Source: an uncultured Clostridia bacterium
GTDB taxonomy: Bacteria; Bacillota; Clostridia; Christensenellales; Borkfalkiaceae
DNA length: 64,000 nucleotides
NCBI GenBank assembly: GCA_944341895.1
Contig: CALVMB010000001.1
Span: forward strand, 53,677-117,676
Direction of reading: 5' to 3'
The stretch's first letter is position 1. Each line of letters opens with the position of its first letter. The notes beneath the pieces were generated by a model. That model worked only from the letters and a program-made list of their open reading frames with translations, ran no database searches and was not told the DNA's origin. This document shows, in pieces, positions 1 through 10,510 of this stretch. The translations under genes were made by a program, and so were the position numbers.

Positions 1-128
1 TTTTTGAGTTTGGTACGGACAAACGCCGCGCCCTTGCCCGGTTTGACGTGCTGGAAATCGACGACAACGTACACGTTGTTGTTGTACTCGATGGTAACGC
101 CTTTTCTGAAATCGCCTGCAGAAATCAT
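1..128 (-). CDS. efp: Elongation factor P (5' part, runs off window edge)
   Basis: Not in the ORF track. Manual translation gives [42 protein letters not shown] with the EF-P KPGKG loop; SD AAGGAG upstream. Confidence 0.95.
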   Translation of the reverse strand, partial: MISAGDFRKGVTIEYNNNVYVVVDFQHVKPGKGAAFVRTKLK

Positions 129-175
129 GTTCTATTCTCCTTGAAAAAATCTCCGTATGATCGCACGCCGACCGC

Positions 176-1231
176 TCAGAGCACCGTCAGCGAAGTATCC
201 GTTTGCATCAGATCGGAAACCGCTCCGCCCGCGAGCGCCACGGTATCCTCGATGCGGATGCCGAACCTGCCCTCGAAATACACCCCCGGCTCGATCGAAA
301 AGACCATGCCGTCCTCCAGCCGCATCCCGCCCGAAGGGCCGAGCACGGGTGCCTCGTGGATGTTGATGCCGATGCCGTGGCCGAGCGAATGGGTAAAAAA
401 CTTGTCCAGACCCCGCTGTTGCAGGTATACGCGCGCGAAGGCGTCCGCCTCTTTGCCGAGCATCCCCGCCCGAATGCCCTGCACCGCCGCCGCATGTGCG
501 CCGCGCACGGCCTCGTAGGTATCGCAAAAATCTTCCGGCGCGCCCGTTCTGCCGAACAGAGCGGTGCGCGTCATATCCGAACAATAGCCCTTGTATTTGC
601 AGCCGAAATCGGCGAGCACGGGCATGCCGCAGGCAAGTTTGGTCTCGCCGGGGCGATGGTGCGGCACCGAACTGTTTCTGCCGAAGGCGACGATGGTCTC
701 GAAGGAGCGGTCTTCCGCGCCCAGACGGCGCATGCAGTATTCCAGGAGGCCTGCCGCTTCGTTTTCGTCCATCCCCTCGCGCAGTTCGCCCAAAAAGCGC
801 GCATATGCCTGTTCGGCGATCGAACACGCCTTGCGGATGCAGGAAAGTTCGTACTCGTCCTTGACGGACATTGCCGCGACAAACGCGGGGGTACTGTCGA
901 CGGGTTTGAAGCCGCGCTTGCGCAGAATTTTATATTGCAAAAAGGTGAGCCGCTCGAAGGGCACCGCCAATTTTTTGACTTTTTTACTCTTGATATAATC
1001 GAGAACGACGGACTCGTCCCGGGCGATCTCCACGCCGACGAATGTGTTGCCGAGCGCTGCCTTTGCCGCCTCCGCATACCGCGGATCGGTAAAGAGCACG
1101 CTCTCCTGCGCGTCGGTATAGACATACCCGAAACTGCTCGGAAAACCTGTCAGCCAGGTGCGCAGATCGGCGCTCCCCGTGAGCATGGCGTCCGCCGCGA
1201 TCTCCCGAAACAATTTTCTCGTATTGTCCAT
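176..1231 (-). CDS. Xaa-Pro aminopeptidase/dipeptidase (M24B)
   Basis: TDPRY, DFG..Y.GYCSDMTRT, HSLGHGIG..IHE.P, EPGVY and GIRIED motifs; usual upstream neighbour of efp. Start set at MDNTRK. Confidence 0.93.
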   Translation of the reverse strand: MDNTRKLFREIAADAMLTGSADLRTWLTGFPSSFGYVYTDAQESVLFTDPRYAEAAKAALGNTFVGVEIARDESVVLDYIKSKKVKKLAVPFERLTFLQYKILRKRGFKPVDSTPAFVAAMSVKDEYELSCIRKACSIAEQAYARFLGELREGMDENEAAGLLEYCMRRLGAEDRSFETIVAFGRNSSVPHHRPGETKLACGMPVLADFGCKYKGYCSDMTRTALFGRTGAPEDFCDTYEAVRGAHAAAVQGIRAGMLGKEADAFARVYLQQRGLDKFFTHSLGHGIGINIHEAPVLGPSGGMRLEDGMVFSIEPGVYFEGRFGIRIEDTVALAGGAVSDLMQTDTSLTVL

Positions 1232-1237
1232 ATAGTT

Positions 1238-1266
1238 ATTGTACCAAATAAACGCCGATAAGTCAA
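1238..1266 (-). promoter_or_regulatory. sigA promoter, probably giving a leaderless mRNA
   Basis: TTGACT-17-TACAAT with extended TG; ATG 6 nt downstream and no SD. Confidence 0.7.
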
Positions 1267-1381
1267 TTTCTCGCGCAAAATTTTCTAAAAAAAGCGCGTG
1301 CAGGCGCCAATATGCCCGCAGTTTACTGGCGAATGCGACCAAACGGCGCATGCCCGCCGATGCTATTTGCGGCAACTGCGT

Positions 1382-2233
1382 TCAGGCGCCCGTCTGCTCA
1401 AAGATGCGCTTCATGGCGAGCGCGTCTTCCGCCTGCGTGCCCGCCGATTCGGACACGATGTACGGCTCCAGCCCCGTCTGACGAAGCGCGCGCGCGAGCG
1501 GTGCGAATTCGGGCCCGTACTGCGTATCCGCAAACGTGAGGTGGCGGATCTCGCCCTTCGCGCCGTATTCGATCTTGGAAAAATGCACGTGGAAATGCTT
1601 GACCCGCTCGAAGCCCAGTTCGGCGATCATGTACTCCAACCTCTGCCGATAGTCCTCGGCGGTGACGAGACTGCCCTGTTCGCGGGCGTTGAGGTGCCCG
1701 AAATCGACGGCGGGCACGAACACGCGGTCGATCTTGCAAAAGCGCACGATCTCTTCCAGCGTGCCGATCTGCGCAAGTTTGCCCATCGTCTCGGGACAGA
1801 ACAGCATGTCGTCCAGCCCCGCGCGGTAGATGCGCTCGCACAGTTCTTTGAGCCGCTCTTCGGTGAGCGCGACCGCCTCGGCGCGGTCGAGTTTGCCCTG
1901 CGTGGCGCTGTGGAATACCACGCGCCTGCCGCCCATCGCGCGCAGGGCGCGCGCGCTCGCGAGCACGTATTCGCAGGAGTTTTCGACGCTCTCCGCCGCG
2001 GGATTGGCAAAGTTGATGTAGTACGGGGCGTGGACGCTGATCTCCACGTCCTGCGCGCGGAAGGCCTCGCCGATGGACGCCGCCTTCGCCTCGCTCATGC
2101 GCACCCCCCTGCCGAAGGAATATTCAAAGCAGTCCAACCCCATGTCGCGGACGAATTTTGCCGACTGCTCGGTGTGCGCATATCCCTGCGCGTAGAAACT
2201 TTCGCTGTTGCCGCTCGGCCCGAATTTGATCAT
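1382..2233 (-). CDS. nfo: Endonuclease IV-like TIM-barrel protein (AP endonuclease 2 family)
   Basis: SVHAPYYIN, VVFH, CPETMGK, DFGHL and HVHFS metal-binding motifs; start MIKFGPSG overlaps the ribF stop. Confidence 0.8.
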   Translation of the reverse strand: MIKFGPSGNSESFYAQGYAHTEQSAKFVRDMGLDCFEYSFGRGVRMSEAKAASIGEAFRAQDVEISVHAPYYINFANPAAESVENSCEYVLASARALRAMGGRRVVFHSATQGKLDRAEAVALTEERLKELCERIYRAGLDDMLFCPETMGKLAQIGTLEEIVRFCKIDRVFVPAVDFGHLNAREQGSLVTAEDYRQRLEYMIAELGFERVKHFHVHFSKIEYGAKGEIRHLTFADTQYGPEFAPLARALRQTGLEPYIVSESAGTQAEDALAMKRIFEQTGA

Positions 2234-3108
2234 CGTATGCTCTCCAGATCTTTTTGCAGTTGCGCGGCGAGCGCCGCCGCGCTTGTGAATTTTTGCACGT
2301 CGCGCAGGCGCGCGTCGAAAAACACCGTCACCACCTGCCCGTACAGGTCGCCCCGATACCCGTCCGCGTACACTTCCAGCACGACGCGGTCGTCGCCGAA
2401 GGTCGGGCGCGCACCGTAATTGGCGATGCCGCGGTAGGTGCCGTGCTCGGTGCGCACGGTGACGGCGTATACGCCCATGCGCAGGGGGTACTTTTCGGGG
2501 GGCAGGTGGATGTTCGCCGTGGGAAAGCCCATCCTGCGCCCGACGTGCCTGCCCTCCGTGGAGACCTTGCCCGCGATGCGGTAGCGCTCGCCGAGCAGTT
2601 CCGCCAGCGCCGCCGCGTCGCCCGCGTCCAGCAGCGCCTTGGCGCGCGACGAAGCCGCTTTTTCGCCGCCCACGCGCAGCAGCGGGCGCACGAACGCCTC
2701 CGTGCCGCGCGCTTGCGCAAACGAAAGCAGATCGTTTGCCGTGCACGCCGCATCCCTGCCGAAGGTATAATCCTCGCCGCAGACAAAGCCGCGCACCGCG
2801 AGATCGGCGCACGCCTGTTCCAAAAAGGCGCGCCCTTCGGTGGCGCGGAACGCCGCATCGAAATCGGCGAGATAGACAAATTCAACGCCCAGTTCCGCAA
2901 AGACCGAACAGCGTTCCTGCAATGTATAGACCTGCGCGCCGTTTTTGCCGCCGCGGAAGGTCATGATGCCGACCGCACAGCCAAGCGCGCGCGCCCGTTC
3001 TTTGGCGAACGCAATGAGCGCGCGGTGCCCGACGTGCACGACGTCGAAATAGCCGAGCAGGAGAACGCAGGGCGTATGATCGCCCGCGCCGTAGCGAATG
3101 ATGCGCAT
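2230..3108 (-). CDS. ribF: Riboflavin kinase / FAD synthetase
   Basis: GYFDVVHVGH, GEDYTFG, GRRMGFPTAN, NYGARPTF, LRDVQKF; follows truB. Confidence 0.92.
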   Translation of the reverse strand: MRIIRYGAGDHTPCVLLLGYFDVVHVGHRALIAFAKERARALGCAVGIMTFRGGKNGAQVYTLQERCSVFAELGVEFVYLADFDAAFRATEGRAFLEQACADLAVRGFVCGEDYTFGRDAACTANDLLSFAQARGTEAFVRPLLRVGGEKAASSRAKALLDAGDAAALAELLGERYRIAGKVSTEGRHVGRRMGFPTANIHLPPEKYPLRMGVYAVTVRTEHGTYRGIANYGARPTFGDDRVVLEVYADGYRGDLYGQVVTVFFDARLRDVQKFTSAAALAAQLQKDLESIR

Positions 3109-3117
3109 TTCCTTACC

Positions 3118-3987
3118 TCAAATCAGTTTGACCTTGGCACGCAGGACGCCGTTTTCGGCGAGCGCGATGCCGTAAAAGGCGCCGTCCAGCCAGAGTTTGT
3201 ATTCGCCCGCCGCCCCCGCAAAGGGCAGGCGCTGCCCGAACCCGAGCCGACGCGCCTCGTCGCCCGCAACGCGGAGTTCGGGCATGGAAAACGCCGTTTC
3301 GGGCGGGATGAGAAACGTGCGCCAGTTGTCTGCAGTGAGCGCATCGGGCGCGACTGCATCCGCGAGCGAAAACACGCCGCTTTGCTCGCGCACGAGCGAG
3401 GACATCGCCGCGACCGTACCGCACGCGGCGGCAATATCCCTGCCCAGCGCGCGGATGTACGTTCCGCCGCCGCAGGCGATGCGGAAGGAAAATTCGTCCT
3501 CGCCCGTCTGCCCGCACCACTCGATCCCTTCGATGCGCACCCTGCGGGGCGCGAGTTCCACCGCTTTCCCCTGCCGCGCAAGGCGGTAGGCGCGCACGCC
3601 GTTCACGCTCTTGGCGCTGTACGCGGGCGGGACCTGCTCGATGTCGCCGACGAACGCGGGAAGCGCGGCGCGCAGCGTGCCCTCGTCGGGAACGGGAAGT
3701 CCCGACCGCAGAACTTCGCCGCAGACGTCGAGCGTATCCGTCTCGATGCCGAAACGAAAGCGCGCGAGGTACATCTTCTGTTTGTCCAGAAGATAGTGAA
3801 AGAGCCGCGACGCGTTGCCGACGGCGACGGGCAGGACGCCCGACGCGAGCGGGTCGAGGGTGCCCATATGCCCGCACGCCTGCCCCGACGCGCGGCGGAC
3901 TTTGGACACCGCCGCCGCACTGGACATGCCCGAAGGCTTATTCACGTCAATAAATCCGCTTGTCTGCGCCCGCTCTTCCGCCCGCAT
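3118..3987 (-). CDS. truB: tRNA pseudouridine-55 synthase
   Basis: NKPSGMSS, GHMGTLDPLASGVL, QVPPAYSA, GGGTYIRAL. Confidence 0.95.
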   Translation of the reverse strand: MRAEERAQTSGFIDVNKPSGMSSAAAVSKVRRASGQACGHMGTLDPLASGVLPVAVGNASRLFHYLLDKQKMYLARFRFGIETDTLDVCGEVLRSGLPVPDEGTLRAALPAFVGDIEQVPPAYSAKSVNGVRAYRLARQGKAVELAPRRVRIEGIEWCGQTGEDEFSFRIACGGGTYIRALGRDIAAACGTVAAMSSLVREQSGVFSLADAVAPDALTADNWRTFLIPPETAFSMPELRVAGDEARRLGFGQRLPFAGAAGEYKLWLDGAFYGIALAENGVLRAKVKLI

Positions 3988-4027
3988 GCCGTTCCTCCCG
4001 TATATGAAAAAAGGGCTTGGTGCCCTT

Positions 4028-4984
4028 TCAATCCTGCAAATGCTGTGTGATGGTGAAGCGAAGTTTATCCACGACCTCTTCGAAGGCGCCGAACAGCATA
4101 CAGCCGCTCGCCAGGACGTGCCCGCCCCCGCCGTACACGGCGGCAACTTCGTTGACGTTCGCCCTGCCCTTGGAACGGAGGGAGACCTTGTAGCGATCGT
4201 TCCCCGTCTCCAAAAGACACGCCGCGACTTCGACGCCGTCCACGGACATGGGGAAATCGATGAACCCTTCGGTCACGTCGGGGGTGGCGCCGCTCTCTTC
4301 CAGCGCGCGGCGGGTGACGGCGATCATCGCGATGCGCCCTTCCGCATAGTAACGGATGGCGCTCATCGTCCTACCGAACAAGAGAGCGCGCGCGGCGGAC
4401 TGGCGCTTGAACATATTGTACTGGATGGCGTTGATGTCCGCGCCCGCGGCGACCAGTTTCGCCGCCGCCGCAAAGGTGGACGCCGTCACGTTTTTATGTG
4501 CGAAATTTCCCGTATCCGAACTGATGCCGAGCAGGAGCAGGTCGGCGATCTCTTTGGAAAGCGCGACCCCCATCGCCTCGCACAGCGCGACCATGATCTC
4601 GCAGGTCGCGGCGCAGTCTTCCACGAACCAAAAATCGCCGTAGCGGGTGTTGGAGACGTGATGGTCGATGTTGAATTTCGGTTTCTTAGCCTGCAAAAAC
4701 GCGTCGGCAAGCGTGCCGAGACGGCGCTCGTCGCTGCAATCGACGGCGATATACGCCTCGCTCAACAGATCGGGCGACGTACCCACCGCGCGCAATGCGG
4801 GCAGAAAAGCGAACTTTTCGGGGATGGGCCCCTCGCAGACGACGCGCGCCTTTGCGCCGCGCGACGCGAGCATGGCGGCAAGCCCCGCCGCCGCGCCGAG
4901 GGTATCCCCGTCCGGGCGCATGTGGCAGAAGATCGTCGCGCTCTTCACCGTTTTCAGTTGCTTTGCGATCTCTTGCAGTGTCAA
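4028..4984 (-). CDS. nrnA: DHH family phosphoesterase (NrnA-like)
   Basis: H.RPDGD, IDHH, DTGNF, SLRS, GGGGH; lies between rbfA and truB. Confidence 0.9.
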   Translation of the reverse strand: MTLQEIAKQLKTVKSATIFCHMRPDGDTLGAAAGLAAMLASRGAKARVVCEGPIPEKFAFLPALRAVGTSPDLLSEAYIAVDCSDERRLGTLADAFLQAKKPKFNIDHHVSNTRYGDFWFVEDCAATCEIMVALCEAMGVALSKEIADLLLLGISSDTGNFAHKNVTASTFAAAAKLVAAGADINAIQYNMFKRQSAARALLFGRTMSAIRYYAEGRIAMIAVTRRALEESGATPDVTEGFIDFPMSVDGVEVAACLLETGNDRYKVSLRSKGRANVNEVAAVYGGGGHVLASGCMLFGAFEEVVDKLRFTITQHLQD

Positions 4985-5005
4985 AAAAATTGCCTCCGAA
5001 ACCGT

Positions 5006-5383
5006 TTATTTGTCCTGTTTGTCCTGTTCGCCTTCGTGCAGACCTGCGATGAGGCGGTCGATCTTGCTGCCGTATTCCATCGTTTCGTCGCGGATGAAAT
5101 GCAGTTCGGGAACGGTGCGCATGCGCATGACCTGCGCCAGTTCGTGGCGGATAAAGCCCGCGTGTTCGCACAGCGTGGCAAAGGTCGCATCCTCTTCGGC
5201 GGCATCCTTGCCCAGGATGCTGACATAGATCTTTGCCGTTTTCAAGTCGGGCGCCACGTCCGCCTTGGTGATGCTGACCAGCCCGCGCACGCCGTCCGTG
5301 CGGTTTTTCAGTTGGTTGAAGATCACGTCATACACCGCCTTTTGGTATTCCGCCGAAAGGCGTTCGCCGCGCAGCGATTTCAT
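5006..5383 (-). CDS. rbfA: Ribosome-binding factor A
   Basis: DLKTAKIYVS, GFIR, RTVPELHF..D; follows infB. Confidence 0.95.
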   Translation of the reverse strand: MKSLRGERLSAEYQKAVYDVIFNQLKNRTDGVRGLVSITKADVAPDLKTAKIYVSILGKDAAEEDATFATLCEHAGFIRHELAQVMRMRTVPELHFIRDETMEYGSKIDRLIAGLHEGEQDKQDK

Positions 5384-5401
5384 GCCTACCTCCTTTCCCC
5401 G

Positions 5402-8149
5402 TCAGGACGGGATCTGTTCGGTGATGTAGCATTCGATGATGTCGTCCACCTGAATGCCGTCGAATCCGTCGATGCTGACGCCGCATTCAAAGCCGCCCGA
5501 AACTTCCTTGACGTCGTCTTTGAAGCGTTTGAGTTGACGGACCGCGCCCTCGACGATCATGATATCGTCGCGGTAAATGCGCAGTTTGCCGTTGCGCACG
5601 ATCTTGCCCTCCGTCACATAGCAGCCTGCGACCATGCCGACGCCCGTGATGCGGAAGGTCTGCAAGACCTTGCATTTGCCCGTGAGCACCTCGCGGTATT
5701 TGGGCGCGAGCATGCCTTTGAGCGCCGCCTGGATATCGTCGAGCAGTTCGTAGATGATGCGGTAGGTGCGCACGTCCACATTGCTGCGTTCGGCGAGCGC
5801 CTTGGCCTTGGTATCGGGGCGGACGTTGAACCCGACGATGATCGCGTTGGAAGAATCGGCGAGCATGACGTCCGATTCGGTGATCGCGCCCGCACCGCTG
5901 TGCAGGACGTTGACGCGCACTTCCTCTCCCGAAAGTTTGAGAAGGGATTGTTTGACCGCTTCCACCGAGCCCTGCACGTCGCCCTTGACGATGATGTTGA
6001 GACCCTTGACCTTGCCTTCGGCGATCTTGTCGAACACGTCGTCCAGCGTGACGCGGGACTGCGCCTTGACCATGGACTCGCTTTCCTTGCGCTTGCGCTC
6101 GTCCAGCACCTGTTTGAGCAGTTTATCCTGTTCGACGGCGATGATGGAATCGCCCGCGTTGGGGACGTCTTCGAGGCCGAGGATGGAGACCGCCATCGAA
6201 GGGCCTGCCGCCTTGACCGTCCTGCCCTTGTCGTCGATCATAGCGCGGACGCGCCCGGAGGTCGTGCCCGAAATGACGTTGTCGCCCAGATGCAGGGTGC
6301 CGTTCTGAATGAGGACGGACGCGACGGGACCTTTGCCCTTGTCGAGTTTCGCCTCGATGATGGTGCCGCGCGCCATCTGGTCGGGATTGGCTTTGAGGTC
6401 GCGCACTTCGGCGACGAGGTTGATGGTGTCGAGCAATTCGCGGATGCCGTCCCCCGTCTTGGCGGAGACGGGACAGACGATGACGTCGCCGCCCCACTCT
6501 TCGGGGACCAGCCCGTTGTTGACCAATCCCTGCTTGACGCGGTCGAGGTTGGCTTCGGGTTTATCCATTTTGTTCACCGCGACGATGATGGGCACGTCGG
6601 CGGCTTTGCTGTGGTTGATCGCCTCGATGGTCTGCGGCATGATGCCGTCGTCCGCGGCGACCACGAGCACGACGATGTCCGTGACCGACGCGCCGCGCGC
6701 ACGCATGGCGGTGAACGCCTCGTGACCGGGAGTATCGAGGAATGTGATAGGCTTGTCGCCGACAGTGACGGTGTAGGCGCCGATGTGCTGGGTGATGCCG
6801 CCCGCTTCGCCCGCCGTCACGTTGGAACTGCGGATCTTATCGAGCAGCGACGTCTTGCCGTGGTCGACGTGACCCATGACGGTGACCACGGGAGGACGGG
6901 TGATATACCCTTCCGCCGAACCGACATCCTCTTTGAAGATCTCGCCCAGCGCCTCTTCCGCCGTCTTTTCGGGCTTGTATTCCAGTTCGATGCCGAGATC
7001 GCTGGCGATATATGCCGCGGTGTCGTAGTCGAGAGAATCGTTGATGGTCTTGGCGATGCCCTCTTTGAACAGGCGCTTGGTGATCTCGACGGCGGTGATG
7101 CCCAACTTTTCGCTGAGAACTTTCAGCGGGATGTTGTCGCTGGTGACCACGGCGCGTTCGATCTTGATGGCCTGCACCGCCTGCTGTTTCTGCTTTTTGA
7201 CGCGCAGTTTGCGGTAGCCGCTCTTGTCCTCGTCGAAATCGGAGACGGAGACCTGCTGTTTGACGAGCGCGCGCTTGCTGAGCGTGCGCTTCTGCTCGAC
7301 GTAAGGCTTATCGTACGTCTTTTTCTTGGGCGCGTTCTTGGCGGGCGCCGCGGGAGCGGGCGCAGACGCAAAGTTGCCTGCCGCGGGGCGGCCTGCCCCT
7401 GCGGGACGGCCTGCGCCTGCGGGACGAGGCCCGAGCGGACGCGCGCCGTTCGGTGCGGGACGCGCGCCTGCCTGCGGGCGCGGAGGATATGCGGGACGTG
7501 TGCCCGCCTGCCCTGCCGCGGGACGCGCGGGCTTTTCGGCGGCGGGAACGTAGGTGTTGCGGATGGGAGGATGGCGGCGGTCCGCATACGCCGTGCGGAT
7601 GACCTGCTCGTCGCCGCGGCGGGTGATGGTAGGCTTGCCTGCCGCAGGCTGTGCGGGCCGCGCCGCCGCGGCGGGCGATGCGGGCTTGTTTTCCGCGGGA
7701 GCCGCCTGCGGCGCTTCGGCGGGAGCCTTTTCCTCCGCGGGCGCGGGCTTTTCCGCGGGCGCGGGAGCAGACTTTTCTTCCTGCCGTTCGGCAGCGGGCG
7801 CCGCGGGTGCGGGCCGCGCCTGTTTTTCCTCGGTGCAGGCGGGCACCTCTTCGGCAGCCGCCGCGGGTACGGGTTTTTCCGCGGACGCGGGAGCAGGCTT
7901 TTCTTCCTGCCGTTCGGCAACGGGTGCCGCGGGCGCCGATGCGGGTTCTGCCGCCTCTTCGGCGCGCGCCGCTTCTTCCTTTGCGCGCTGGCGTGCCGCC
8001 GCCTCGAGGTCGGAGAGCTTGCGAAGGATGTCGCTCACCTTCTTTTCCGTGCCCTGCACGTTTTTGAGGAGCGAATCGATCCCGTCCCCGCCCAACAGCG
8101 ACGTGATGTTTTCGATGTTTGCGTAATTGTTTTTCTTTGCTTCTGCCAT
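5402..8149 (-). CDS. infB: Translation initiation factor IF-2
   Basis: [38 protein letters not shown]; Ala/Pro/Glu-rich N-terminus. Confidence 0.98.
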   Translation of the reverse strand: MAEAKKNNYANIENITSLLGGDGIDSLLKNVQGTEKKVSDILRKLSDLEAAARQRAKEEAARAEEAAEPASAPAAPVAERQEEKPAPASAEKPVPAAAAEEVPACTEEKQARPAPAAPAAERQEEKSAPAPAEKPAPAEEKAPAEAPQAAPAENKPASPAAAARPAQPAAGKPTITRRGDEQVIRTAYADRRHPPIRNTYVPAAEKPARPAAGQAGTRPAYPPRPQAGARPAPNGARPLGPRPAGAGRPAGAGRPAAGNFASAPAPAAPAKNAPKKKTYDKPYVEQKRTLSKRALVKQQVSVSDFDEDKSGYRKLRVKKQKQQAVQAIKIERAVVTSDNIPLKVLSEKLGITAVEITKRLFKEGIAKTINDSLDYDTAAYIASDLGIELEYKPEKTAEEALGEIFKEDVGSAEGYITRPPVVTVMGHVDHGKTSLLDKIRSSNVTAGEAGGITQHIGAYTVTVGDKPITFLDTPGHEAFTAMRARGASVTDIVVLVVAADDGIMPQTIEAINHSKAADVPIIVAVNKMDKPEANLDRVKQGLVNNGLVPEEWGGDVIVCPVSAKTGDGIRELLDTINLVAEVRDLKANPDQMARGTIIEAKLDKGKGPVASVLIQNGTLHLGDNVISGTTSGRVRAMIDDKGRTVKAAGPSMAVSILGLEDVPNAGDSIIAVEQDKLLKQVLDERKRKESESMVKAQSRVTLDDVFDKIAEGKVKGLNIIVKGDVQGSVEAVKQSLLKLSGEEVRVNVLHSGAGAITESDVMLADSSNAIIVGFNVRPDTKAKALAERSNVDVRTYRIIYELLDDIQAALKGMLAPKYREVLTGKCKVLQTFRITGVGMVAGCYVTEGKIVRNGKLRIYRDDIMIVEGAVRQLKRFKDDVKEVSGGFECGVSIDGFDGIQVDDIIECYITEQIPS
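7749..7936. repeat. ~60-bp imperfect direct duplication in the infB N-terminal linker
   Basis: Two copies 126 bp apart encode PAAP(V/A)AERQEEK(P/S)APA(S/P)AEKP. Confidence 0.75.
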
Positions 8150-8153
8150 CTTG

Positions 8154-8480
8154 CTACTCGTTGCCTCCCGCATATTCTCTGAAATGATCGTCCGTGACCG
8201 ATATGATCGCGTTCGCCAGGTTCCGATCCCGTACCGCCGCCAACTTGCAGTTGGGCCTGCCCGTCAGCGCTTCCAGACGCCCGCTCTCGCACAGGAGCAT
8301 CCGGCACCCGAACCGCGCCATGAGCGCCCGCGCGCTCTTTTTGGCGTTTTCGGACGCGCTCTCGCACAGGAGCAGTAAAAAGACGTCCTTCTTTGTCTGT
8401 TCGACGGCGTTGAACCCGCAGGTCAGTTTGCCTGCCTTGATACAGAACCCGACGTAACTTTCCGCTTTACTTCTTTGCAA
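8154..8480 (-). CDS. ylxQ: L7Ae/YlxQ-family RNA-binding protein
   Basis: KAGKLTCG...ASENAKK; between ylxR and infB; TTG start assumed. Confidence 0.8.
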   Translation of the reverse strand: MQRSKAESYVGFCIKAGKLTCGFNAVEQTKKDVFLLLLCESASENAKKSARALMARFGCRMLLCESGRLEALTGRPNCKLAAVRDRNLANAIISVTDDHFREYAGGNE

Positions 8481-8742
8481 AAAAGTCCTCCTCGATCCGC
8501 CCGTACACTTCGAGCGGAACATCGCAGGAAAATGTCTTGTTCAAAAGCCTTGCCTTGCGCAGTTTGCAGATGCAGGCGGGATCGTCGCAGATGTACGCGC
8601 CGCGCCCCGCCGCCTTGCCCGTAAAGTCGATGAACACCTCCCCTTCCTTGGGGCGCACGATGCGGAGCATCTCCTTTTTCGGCTTCATCGCATGGCAGGC
8701 GATGCACATGCGCATGGGGATCTTTTTCTCTTTCACGAACAC
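8467..8742 (-). CDS. ylxR: YlxR (RnpM) family protein
   Basis: PMRMCIAC, KKEMLRIVR, GRGAYIC. Confidence 0.93.
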   Translation of the reverse strand: MFVKEKKIPMRMCIACHAMKPKKEMLRIVRPKEGEVFIDFTGKAAGRGAYICDDPACICKLRKARLLNKTFSCDVPLEVYGRIEEDFFAKK

Positions 8743-8764
8743 ACCTCACTGTGCCGCAGGGCGG

Positions 8765-9892
8765 TCACTGCTGCGCATCTTCCCCCGCGGCTTCCGCCTC
8801 TTCGGGAAGTTCTTCCTCTTCTTCCTGCGCGCGGCGCAACTCTTCCATCTGCGCGGCGACCGACTCGCTCTTGACGTCGATCTTCCAGCCGGTCAGGCGG
8901 GCGGCGAGGCGTGCGTTCTGCCCGTCCCTGCCGATCGCGAGCGAAAGTTTGTCGTCCGGCACGACGGCGATCGCCGATTTCTCGTCGATCTGCGTGACCG
9001 AGATGACCTTTGCGGGCGAGAGCGCCTTGGCAATGAATTCCAGCGGGTTTTCGCTCCACTGGATGATATCGATCTTTTCGCCGCCCAGTTCGGCGACGAC
9101 GGCGTTGACGCGCGAGCCCTTGTTGCCCACGCATGCGCCGACGGCATCCACCTGCGGATCCTCGCTGGCGATCGCCATCTTGGTGCGCTGACCCGCTTCG
9201 CGCGAGATCGCCTTGACGACGACCGCGCCGGACTTGATCTCGGGCACCTCTTCCTCGAACAGGCGCTTGACAAAGCCCGCCGACGTGCGCGAGACGAACA
9301 CCTGTGCGCCGCGTCCGCCGCTCTTGATGTTTTTGACGTAAACTTTCAGGTGGTCGTTGACCTTATACTCTTCGCCGGGGACCTGGTCCTGCGGCAGCAT
9401 GACGCCCTCGATCTGACCTTTGCCCAGTTCGACGTACACGCTCTTGGCGTCCACCTTGCGGACGACGCAACTCATCAGCTCGAATTTTTTATCCGAAAAT
9501 TCGTTGAGCGTGTTGTCGCGTTCGGTCTCATGCAGTTTTTGCAGGATGACCTGCTTTGCCGTCTGCGCGGCGATCCTGCTGAATTCCTTGGGAACGAACT
9601 CCTCGTACACGAGGTCGCCCGCCTTGTAACTCTTTTTGATCTGCTGGGCTTCGGCGAGGGAGATCTCCTTTTCGGGATCGGTCACTTCCTCCACGGCGGT
9701 GCGCACCGTGTAGCACTTGATGCTGTTTTTCTCGGGACTGATGCGGATGTCCACCTCCCCCACGCCGATGTCGTTCTGCTTTTTGCATGCAGAGATCAGC
9801 GCATTGCGGAGCGCCTCGATGAAGATCTCCTGACTGATCCCCTTTTCCGCTTCCAGATCCGCCAAAGCCTCAAAGAACTCTTTGCTAACCAT
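8765..9892 (-). CDS. nusA: Transcription termination factor NusA
   Basis: RIAAQTAKQVI, REAGQRTK, GACVG.KGSR, AIGRDGQNARLA. Confidence 0.97.
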   Translation of the reverse strand: MVSKEFFEALADLEAEKGISQEIFIEALRNALISACKKQNDIGVGEVDIRISPEKNSIKCYTVRTAVEEVTDPEKEISLAEAQQIKKSYKAGDLVYEEFVPKEFSRIAAQTAKQVILQKLHETERDNTLNEFSDKKFELMSCVVRKVDAKSVYVELGKGQIEGVMLPQDQVPGEEYKVNDHLKVYVKNIKSGGRGAQVFVSRTSAGFVKRLFEEEVPEIKSGAVVVKAISREAGQRTKMAIASEDPQVDAVGACVGNKGSRVNAVVAELGGEKIDIIQWSENPLEFIAKALSPAKVISVTQIDEKSAIAVVPDDKLSLAIGRDGQNARLAARLTGWKIDVKSESVAAQMEELRRAQEEEEELPEEAEAAGEDAQQ

Positions 9893-9933
9893 TGTTCTCT
9901 CCTCGCTGTTTGATGATATTGCTGCGGCGACGC

Positions 9934-10408
9934 TCAGTCGAAATCGATCGCCTGTGACATTTTTACGATCTGCGTGAGGTTGAGTTTAAACTCTTCCTCC
10001 CCCTTGCGCACGGTGACGTTGCCCGCCGCGGCGTTGTATTCCACAAGCACCGCCTCGAATGCCTTTTCGCCGCGCAGAGGCGCAAACAGTTTGATCTCGA
10101 CGCGCTTGCCGATGTTGCGCAAATAGTCGCTGTCCTTGCGGAACGGGCGGTCCAGCCCGGGGCTGCTGACGTTGAGCGTGTACGGCTGCCCGAAGGTGGG
10201 GTCCAGTTCGTCCAGCACGACGTCCGCGGCGTTATGAAAGCGTTCGCAGGCGTCCAGGTCGATGCCGCCCTCGCGGTCGCAATCCAGCACGATCGTGAGC
10301 GACGGATTCCTGCCCTGGCGGAACACGACTTCGTACAGTTCGACGCCCTGTTCGGCGGCGATGGGCTGCAATGCCGCTTCGATCTCGGCGATCGGTTTCA
10401 CTTTCATG
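9934..10408 (-). CDS. rimP: Ribosome maturation factor RimP
   Basis: YTLNVSSPGLDRP motif; first gene of the nusA operon; start approximate (SD GGAGG). Confidence 0.93.
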
Positions 10409-10437
10409 CGCATCCCTCCCGATAAAATGCCGCGCAT

Positions 10438-10472
10438 AAAAAGATTTGAGAGCGGCTGCCCACTCTCAATCT
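10438..10472 (-). promoter_or_regulatory. rimP leader hairpin/attenuator
   Basis: Minus strand AGATTGAGAGTGG-GCAG-CCGCTCTCAAATCT-TTTT: a GAGUGGG-containing stem plus U-tract, like the described rimP leader. Confidence 0.65.
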
Positions 10473-10510
10473 CACGCTAACGTATTCATTGTATAGAGTA
10501 TACCACAAAA

